DNA from: an uncultured Pseudobdellovibrionaceae bacterium
GTDB lineage: Bacteria > Bdellovibrionota > Bdellovibrionia > Bdellovibrionales > UBA1609
Direction of reading: 5' to 3'
Assembly: GCA_964389375.1 (NCBI GenBank)
Contig: CAYMDP010000008.1
Location: forward strand, 17,985-81,984
DNA: 64,000 bases
Numbering within the stretch: the stretch's first letter is position 1; each line of letters begins with the position of its first letter. Shown here piece after piece: positions 57,940-64,000 of the stretch. A program made the translations under genes and the position numbers. Below the pieces are notes generated by a model. It was given only the letters and a program-made list of their open reading frames with translations. It searched no databases and was not told the origin of the DNA.

Positions 57940-59019
57940 TTAGGGGCTTCGAGGGCTTGGAACTTCATATTCCACAGCCTCTATGGATCCGACCTGTTCT
58001 ATATAGGCCTCGCGAAGTGGAGCGATGGCTTCTTCCATGAATTCAGGATCCAAGGCCAGATAAATCAGTGAACTTGGGCGCAATTGGCCGGGTTTTCGTG
58101 AATAAAAGTCACGGGTGCTTTGGTCAATGTCGGCAGAGTTTAGAAATTGTCTAGCGATTTGACTGATCGTTTTATTGAACTCAATGAGGGCACTAAAATA
58201 GCCGTTATAAAAATCACTCTTTATTTGAGCCTGCACATGGCGACCTAGTGGCGCTTCCGAAACTCCAGAGGGGTCGAAGCGTCCGCTTCGGGTGAAGAAG
58301 ACTCGAAGATGCTGGGGGGCTTGATGATATTTGGCTTCTTGCATGGCGGCCTCATTGGCTTGCCACATGTTTTCGACCCAATTTGCAATTGGGACAACAT
58401 CATTATAGATGGGGTCAATTGCAAGCCATCCAAATTCTTTAGAGAAAACAAGACTTGTGACATGCCAGCCCCACTCGGAAGTTCCAAGTTTCATGGGGCC
58501 CACCGCCCAGGCTTTACCGATTGAATTTCGATCAAGCCCCCGAAAGCGAGCCTCAAGATCCACCGACATGGCCCTGCCAAAACAAAATCCAATTTTTCCT
58601 TCCGGATCCCAGTTCGCAACCATATAGGGACTAGAAATGGGGTGAAATTGGGCAAGTTGAAGAAGCTCCCGGGCCTCTAAAAAAGAAACCGAGCCTGCCA
58701 AGGTAGAATGTCTTCCTGAATTTAAGCGCGGTTGGTAGGCCATTAATGCATAAAGGTCAGAATGGTTGGCATCGATATAGGCCTGCTTCTTGGCCTGAAG
58801 ATTTGGCAGCTGATCGAAGACTTGTTTTTGATAAGCCCACAGATCAAAAAGGTTTACTTCTTCATCAATAAAAATGTCTTTAGGCTCGGCCCGGAGGCTT
58901 TCGAATTTTAAAGGGTCTTGCTGCTCAAACGCAAATTGAAGGGAGTAAGAACTTTGTCCCAATAAGAATAGGAAGAAGCAAAAAAATTCTAGCCTTTTAC
59001 TCACCGAAACAACCCCCAT
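57940..59019 (-). CDS. Secreted transglutaminase-core-like (papain-fold Cys-His-Asp) protein
   Basis: Signal peptide FFCFFLFLLGQSSYS. GFCFGRAMSVDLEARFRGL...WGWHVTSLVF...GWLAIDPIY matches the TGase-core spacing G-x-C...R..G....HxW/WH....GW..DP. Confidence 0.45.
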   Translation of the reverse strand: MGVVSVSKRLEFFCFFLFLLGQSSYSLQFAFEQQDPLKFESLRAEPKDIFIDEEVNLFDLWAYQKQVFDQLPNLQAKKQAYIDANHSDLYALMAYQPRLNSGRHSTLAGSVSFLEARELLQLAQFHPISSPYMVANWDPEGKIGFCFGRAMSVDLEARFRGLDRNSIGKAWAVGPMKLGTSEWGWHVTSLVFSKEFGWLAIDPIYNDVVPIANWVENMWQANEAAMQEAKYHQAPQHLRVFFTRSGRFDPSGVSEAPLGRHVQAQIKSDFYNGYFSALIEFNKTISQIARQFLNSADIDQSTRDFYSRKPGQLRPSSLIYLALDPEFMEEAIAPLREAYIEQVGSIEAVEYEVPSPRSP

Positions 59020-59085
59020 TTTCGCCGATCTTATCGGGACGAAAAATAGAACTCTCTAAGCCTCAAGTCATGTTCAACCTGAGAG

Positions 59086-59775
59086 TTGACCCCTTATGAA
59101 AATATTTCTGGTGAAGATCTAGAGGCGGAGCTTATTTTGGACATGTTTTTCAAATCCAAGGCAGCGCTTATCCCAGGCGCCGGAGTTCGGAGGGCAAATT
59201 CAAGCTCAATCAGATTTGTTCTCTTTACAGAGTCAAATCAAGAGGCTAGAGGTGCATGGATGGAAATTCAGTTCTTGGCCTCAAGCCCTCAATATGCCGA
59301 ACTATTCTTCGAATACAGAAATGATCCTGTGACGAGACAATTTAATCCCTTACTGAATCAATCTTTAGAGGATCTTAAGAAGCGTCTCGCAGAGGCGGGT
59401 TCTGATTGGGCAGACTTTGACAAGAAGGACGCATTCTTATGGTTTGTGTCGCTTAATGACAAAGTCGTCGGGACCGCAAGCGTGCAGAATATTAACCGAA
59501 GCATGTTAACCGCTGAAATTGGGTATGGTGTGTTTCCCGAGAGCAGGGGGCAGGGGCTCTCAAGTAAAATTATTAAGAAGCTTACCGCAGACGCCTTTGA
59601 GTTTACAAATTTAAGAAAGCTTATTGCCTTTGTTCATGAGCAAAATCTTTTTTCCAAAAGAGCCCTCGAGAAAAGCGGCTATATTAAAGAAGGTCTTCTT
59701 CGTGAACATTACTTAGTCAACGGATCACCCGTAGATGAGGCAATCTATGGAATCCTTCGCAGAGAGCTTAGCTAA
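59086..59775 (+). CDS. GNAT-family N-acetyltransferase (RimJ/RimL-like)
   Basis: GTASVQNINRSMLTAEIGYGVFPESRGQGLSSKIIKKL...NLFSKRALEKSGYIKEG is the acetyl-CoA-binding core. The N-terminal extent is uncertain (TTG start). Confidence 0.75.
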   Translation: MTPYENISGEDLEAELILDMFFKSKAALIPGAGVRRANSSSIRFVLFTESNQEARGAWMEIQFLASSPQYAELFFEYRNDPVTRQFNPLLNQSLEDLKKRLAEAGSDWADFDKKDAFLWFVSLNDKVVGTASVQNINRSMLTAEIGYGVFPESRGQGLSSKIIKKLTADAFEFTNLRKLIAFVHEQNLFSKRALEKSGYIKEGLLREHYLVNGSPVDEAIYGILRRELS

Positions 59776-59778
59776 AAG

Positions 59779-60912
59779 ATGGAATCACTCTCTCGTAAAG
59801 ATGCAGGTCATATCATTTTTTCCAGCCAAAAACTGGGCGGCTCAGCGCTGTCTCCATTGGAAATTATCGAGCATTTAGGTTACGTACAGATTGATACGAT
59901 CTCGGTGGTCGAAAGAGCGCACCATCATGTGTTTTGGGCGCGCAATCAAGATTACCGGCCTCAAGCATTGGCAGACCTAGTCAAAAAGCGCAAAGTTTTT
60001 GAATACTGGTCCCATGCGGCTTCATTTTTGCCAATGAAGGACTATCGCTACACCTTGCCGATGAAAGAAGCTTTTCGAAAAAAAGAAAGCAACTGGTTTC
60101 CTCGAGATCCCAAACTGATGTCAGAGGTCTTAAAACGTATTCGCCAAGATGGCCCTCTGCAATCCAAAGATTTCGAGAACAATAAAAAGAAGGGGACGGG
60201 TTGGTGGGATTGGAAGCCCGCAAAAAAAGCCTTGGAACGTTTGTTTATGGAAGGCCACTTAGAAATTAGTCGGCGTGAAGGCTTTCAAAAAGTCTATGAT
60301 CTTCCGGAGCGAGTGATTCCGGATTGGGTGGATACGTCAATGCCTTCAGAAAAAGAAAGCACTCGGTTTTTGATTCATCGAACTCTAAGGCACCACGGAT
60401 TAGCCAATGCTGCAGAAGTCGCATATCTGTGCCGCAACAATGTCAAAGTCCGCGTTGAGAAAGAATTAAAATCCATGCTGGCCGATGGAGAGCTTCAGCA
60501 AGTTAAAATCGAAGGGCTGTCCGAGCCTTACTTCGCAAGTCCCAAGACTTTAAAAAACCAAACAAAATTGGATTCGAAAGTTTCTATTCTTTCGCCCTTC
60601 GACAATCTGATTATTCAAAGGAAAAAACTAAAAACCTTCTTTGATTTTGACTATCAAATCGAGTGCTATGTGCCCGAGAAAAAACGAAAACACGGTTATT
60701 TTTGTTTGCCTGTTTTCAGGGGAAGCCAAGCGATTGGTCGCATCGACTGCAAAGCGGACCGCAAAAACAAAACCTTAATTCTTAATTCAATGCATCTAGA
60801 AAATGGCCGAAAGCTGCCTTCGGGGTTTAAGGCAGAATTGAAAAGATTCGCCGAATTTAACGACTGTGAAGCGGTAATCGCGCGGTCGAATCCTGACAAG
60901 GGCTTGCGATAA
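59779..60912 (+). CDS. Winged-helix DNA glycosylase YcaQ/AlkZ family (DUF1006)
   Basis: LGYVQIDTISVVERAHHHVFWAR, FEYWSHAASFLP and C-terminal YFCLPVF...IGRIDCKADRK. Confidence 0.75.
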   Translation: MESLSRKDAGHIIFSSQKLGGSALSPLEIIEHLGYVQIDTISVVERAHHHVFWARNQDYRPQALADLVKKRKVFEYWSHAASFLPMKDYRYTLPMKEAFRKKESNWFPRDPKLMSEVLKRIRQDGPLQSKDFENNKKKGTGWWDWKPAKKALERLFMEGHLEISRREGFQKVYDLPERVIPDWVDTSMPSEKESTRFLIHRTLRHHGLANAAEVAYLCRNNVKVRVEKELKSMLADGELQQVKIEGLSEPYFASPKTLKNQTKLDSKVSILSPFDNLIIQRKKLKTFFDFDYQIECYVPEKKRKHGYFCLPVFRGSQAIGRIDCKADRKNKTLILNSMHLENGRKLPSGFKAELKRFAEFNDCEAVIARSNPDKGLR

Positions 60913-61105
60913 AAACGAATTCTTTTCCGGGCCGATCGGTAGCTTCTCGGAGACTCAAAATCTCGTCGACCGACATTCGAACTCTTCTATTTTTGACTTT
61001 TTAATTTCGATTTTCGTTTTTGCGCGGCGAAAGATTGTCCTTTAGCGCTGGCCTTTTGGGCGAAAATCGATAATGGAAAATAGAGGATTTTTGCTTGCGC
61101 AAAAA

Positions 61106-61181
61106 TGGAGCGGGAGACGGGATTCAAACCCGCGACCTTTGCCTTGGCAAGGCAACGCTCTATCAACTGAGCTACTCCCGC
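61106..61181 (-). tRNA. tRNA-Gly (anticodon GCC)
   Basis: The reverse complement folds as a cloverleaf: GCGGGAG-TA-GCTC-AGTTGATA-GAGC-G-TTGCC-TTGCCAA-GGCAA-AGGTC-GCGGG-TTTGAAT-CCCGT-CTCCCGC-T-CCA. 76 nt with an encoded CCA. Confidence 0.9.
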
Positions 61182-61284
61182 GCTTAAGAAGTTCATATTT
61201 TTAATCCTGGGCCGGGGGGCTTGTCAAATGCCTTTCCCAGAGAAGGGCCGAAGTCCGCGTAGGTGCTCAATTCGAGGGCTGATT

Positions 61285-62778
61285 TTAACCCTTCTGAGAG
61301 GCAGATTCACGCTCCGCCTTCTCTTTTTCCGCCTTTTCCTGCTTTTTTAGGCGCTCGAAGTCGTCTTCTTCCATGTACTGGGCAATCCGGAAAGTGTCTT
61401 GATCTTTTAGGACCAGATAAAACAGTTTCTCATCAAAATGGGGTTCAGAAACCACTCGGCCCGAGGTCTTGATTTTTTCAATCAGCTGGCCGGTTTCGGG
61501 ATTATGAATACAGATATTTGCTGTGGCACAAGGGACCCAGTAGGTCCAACCCTTGTGATGCCACTTCATTCCAGTCAGCTCAATCATGCGGCCGTTTAAT
61601 CTAGAGGCCCATCCTTCTTTGACTGGATGATCGTTGGTCAAAGTGTAACGATAAACCCGAAGGCCTTTTTTAACATCCACAACCGAAAAGCCACCCTCTT
61701 TGGTCATAATCGCGACGCGGTCAAAAGCCGGCAACAGGGTCGCGGCCCCCAGGATTGGACTTTGTAAGTCCACATCCCAAACCCCAGCGCCTTTTTTAGC
61801 TAGATTTAAAGCCGTCAGATGGCCCGACCTGGTCGGTACAATCAAAAGATCCTCATTGATCAAACCTGATCCCAAGATCTCGTCAGGAAGGATTTGTTGC
61901 CAGTTCAGCTTAAGGCTTTCGAGTTCCATCGAAAGGACTCGATCAATAGAAGTCAGAATCAAGCTTTTCGTTTTATCATCGTAGTTCATCTGCGATGGAG
62001 CCTTGATCGCAAAAAGTTCAGAAAGTTCTTTAAGCTCTCCGGTCGAGCGGTTCAATCTGGCAATGGCGTATTGTTTTTGATCAATAGTTGATTTGGTTTT
62101 CGCGGTTTCTTCTTTTAACTGTTTAAAACGCAAATTAATGGCGGGCTTTATATTTAAGTATAAATGATCTTCAAGAAGTATCGGGCTAGAGATCACTTCT
62201 TGGGCTAACTCTATTTCCCACTTCAGGCGTCCGCTTTCTTTGCTTAAAGCGAGGACTCTTCCGAGTCGGGTGGCAAAATACACCAGGCCATTATCGAGGC
62301 TTGGATTTAAAAATGCGTCTTGATCTTTAAGAAGAATTTTTGCGGTCCACTTTAGACGGCCCTCTAAGTCAGTGGCCCAGATATGTCCTAGCTCAGCCGC
62401 TACAAAATAAATTCCGCTGCCGTCAAAGGCCCAGAAGTCCGGTTTAAAGTCAGGCTGCTCTCCTAAAATCGGCTTGCTCCAACTCTCGACCCATTTGCGA
62501 TCTTTGGTGACGGCGTTGGCTTCGACGGCTGTGCGTTTTAAATCTTGGCGGTAGATGCCCTGCTGATCGCCTAAGGAAGATACAGAAATTTGATTTTCAG
62601 GATCGGGTCGTGGGCTTGGATGATCATCTTTAGCCCCGGCTAACTGTGACCTTAACTGAGAGGTCGAATAAAGATAGGGATTTCCGATCAAAAATAAAAC
62701 AACGACGAGTCCGGTAATATAAAGCAGGAACAAAGTGACCCAATACCAGGGGGCACGTTTTCGATTTTCATAATCCAC
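61285..62778 (-). CDS. Membrane-anchored PQQ-like / BamB-like beta-propeller repeat protein
   Basis: N-terminal TM helix WYWVTLFLLYITGLVVVLFLIG. Repeated G-x-hydrophobic-x-A-x-D/N...G...W blades (GHIWATDLEGRLKWTA, GRVLALSKESGRLKWEI, GHLTALNLAKKGAGVWDV). Confidence 0.6.
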   Translation of the reverse strand: MDYENRKRAPWYWVTLFLLYITGLVVVLFLIGNPYLYSTSQLRSQLAGAKDDHPSPRPDPENQISVSSLGDQQGIYRQDLKRTAVEANAVTKDRKWVESWSKPILGEQPDFKPDFWAFDGSGIYFVAAELGHIWATDLEGRLKWTAKILLKDQDAFLNPSLDNGLVYFATRLGRVLALSKESGRLKWEIELAQEVISSPILLEDHLYLNIKPAINLRFKQLKEETAKTKSTIDQKQYAIARLNRSTGELKELSELFAIKAPSQMNYDDKTKSLILTSIDRVLSMELESLKLNWQQILPDEILGSGLINEDLLIVPTRSGHLTALNLAKKGAGVWDVDLQSPILGAATLLPAFDRVAIMTKEGGFSVVDVKKGLRVYRYTLTNDHPVKEGWASRLNGRMIELTGMKWHHKGWTYWVPCATANICIHNPETGQLIEKIKTSGRVVSEPHFDEKLFYLVLKDQDTFRIAQYMEEDDFERLKKQEKAEKEKAERESASQKG

Positions 62779-63970
62779 TGGTGTTCGCTCCTAGGCTATG
62801 AAAGCTGACTGAGGCCGAGCAAAAATCGGAAATCTCAAAAGCGGTCTTAAACTTGACGTCCTTAATTCCTCGAACCTGCATAGATCCAAATACAGTTTGA
62901 AAGTTCGGGTCAGAAGACTTGTCGGCACAGATAGATTTCAGTTCCAAAAATCGCATATAGGCATCGCAGTTGTTTTCTGAACGGTTCTCAAGAGAGACCT
63001 CTTCGATATGATTCTTGAAGATCAGATGGGTCGATATTCGGCACTCAGAGGTTGCAGCCATGTGATCTAAAGAAAGAATATGCCCAAGGCGATTTAAGAT
63101 CGGGTTTTGAAGAGGAAGAATCGGCATGGCCTGAGCCAACCAAAAGACGAACAAGACTGTGATGACCCACATTTTAGAGGGTTCAGGTCGGATATAGGAT
63201 TGGTAAACAAACTCGGTCTCGGTTTTTCGATCCTCGATGACGATTGCGATAAAATAACTCAACAAAGCGAGCATCAAAACCGGAGAATAAAAGCTGCTCG
63301 TGGTCCATAAAAACACCTGATATGCAATCATCGCTGCAAGACCCGAGAGGAAGTAGCGCGCATCACGAAACAACAAAGCGGCCGGTGCAATGGTTTCGAC
63401 CAGGTAACCCACTGCTGCCAACCATTCTCCAAGTTTAATATGAATCGTCATGCGCTCTTCAAACCAGTTTCCGGTCATCCACTGGGGATAAAGCTTTAAG
63501 AGGCCCGAACAAACGCTGTAAGAGATAATCAAAAATTTGGTTAGAGTCTTTTTATTGGGGATGAAGAGAAAACAAAAATTAAGAATGATCAAAAGGTATT
63601 GCTCGTTCGAGCTTAAACGGAAGTCTTGGAAGTAAAACAAAACATTTAAGCTGAAAGCGAGCATCAAAACAAACCATGCTAGTCCAACCATTCGGGTAAT
63701 CAAAAACAGTGCAAGACTAATTCCCGCTAGGACGACGTAGGTTTGAAATAAAATTTCCATGGCCGCCATCGGAAGAAATCTAACCCACTGGCAGGATTCC
63801 CAAAGGGACCAACACATCGGAGTGCTCTGCGCAAAATATTTAAGCGGAGCACTTCCTTCGGACAGCCAGTTGGCGTAAGTCAGAATGTGCGCCAGCGCTA
63901 AAACGGCGCCAAGGTAGGTCAGTGCTAAAGATTTGCGGATTTCCCACAAATTAGATTTAAAATATTCCAT
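62768..63970 (-). CDS. Polytopic inner-membrane protein (about 9-10 TM; possibly HTTM-like)
   Basis: 400 aa, almost entirely hydrophobic helices with a soluble Cys-containing C-terminal ~90 aa. The 3' end overlaps the beta-propeller gene start by 11 nt. Confidence 0.5.
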   Translation of the reverse strand: MEYFKSNLWEIRKSLALTYLGAVLALAHILTYANWLSEGSAPLKYFAQSTPMCWSLWESCQWVRFLPMAAMEILFQTYVVLAGISLALFLITRMVGLAWFVLMLAFSLNVLFYFQDFRLSSNEQYLLIILNFCFLFIPNKKTLTKFLIISYSVCSGLLKLYPQWMTGNWFEERMTIHIKLGEWLAAVGYLVETIAPAALLFRDARYFLSGLAAMIAYQVFLWTTSSFYSPVLMLALLSYFIAIVIEDRKTETEFVYQSYIRPEPSKMWVITVLFVFWLAQAMPILPLQNPILNRLGHILSLDHMAATSECRISTHLIFKNHIEEVSLENRSENNCDAYMRFLELKSICADKSSDPNFQTVFGSMQVRGIKDVKFKTAFEISDFCSASVSFHSLGANTSGL

Positions 63971-64000
63971 CGTGGGTTCCCATAATTCTTGGATTAAAAG

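Noticed and set aside
60987-61196. 69-aa minus-strand ORF
   Set aside because: It overlaps the tRNA-Gly(GCC) gene (61106-61181) on the same strand, so the ORF is an artefact of translating a tRNA and its flank.
60913-61285. tRNA-Gly as an integration site for a genomic island
   Set aside because: There is no integrase, no phage or transposase genes and no visible direct repeat of the tRNA 3' end in the adjacent 10 kb. The neighbouring genes (YcaQ, GNAT, RhlE) look like core genome.
1-64000. CRISPR arrays, rRNA, tmRNA, RNase P or SRP RNAs, and known riboswitch cores
   Set aside because: I saw no regularly spaced direct repeats in any intergenic region, and none of the conserved cores I can recognise by eye (for example GAGGAAAGTCC for RNase P). 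An Infernal/Rfam scan would be needed to be definitive.

Overview
This is a 64 kb chromosomal segment with about 58 credible protein-coding genes, one tRNA-Gly(GCC), and no rRNA or CRISPR array. I found no integrase, transposase or phage genes. Clearly recognisable housekeeping genes include a thiolase (partial), RNase Y, pdxH, a ROK sugar kinase, ETF-ubiquinone oxidoreductase, polyphosphate kinase 1, a UvrD/PcrA-type helicase, SelO/YdiU, a RhlE-type DEAD-box helicase and a YcaQ-type glycosylase. Mixed in are an unusually large number of exported or lipoprotein hydrolases: three S8 subtilases (one catalytically dead), an astacin, an M28 aminopeptidase, endonuclease I, a patatin, a PHB-depolymerase-type esterase and alpha/beta hydrolases. 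There are also second-messenger receptor proteins (two cNMP-binding proteins and a PilZ-like giant). This content resembles Bdellovibrio-like predatory bacteria, but that assignment is inference only. The items most worth a second look are: (1) a 1327-aa protein fusing a signal-like N-terminus, HEAT-like repeats, two Clp-D2-type AAA+ modules (the first with degenerate Walker motifs) and an FtsH-type M41 peptidase domain; (2) an active subtilase translationally coupled to a paralog that has lost three of its four catalytic residues; (3) two unrelated ~160-bp long-hairpin intergenic elements, one of which covers the SD of the downstream gene and has a competing 13-nt direct repeat that forms a terminator; (4) a GT9-PAP2-astacin envelope operon; (5) an ArsS-type radical SAM/AhpD-like/GT2 cluster with no ars genes; (6) two exported FGE-domain paralogs coupled to a GT2 with no sulfatase nearby; (7) a secreted transglutaminase-core-like protein; (8) a perfect A_AAA_AAA -1 slippery heptamer linking two overlapping ORFs. 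All functional calls come from motif recognition by eye. No database search or folding computation was run.
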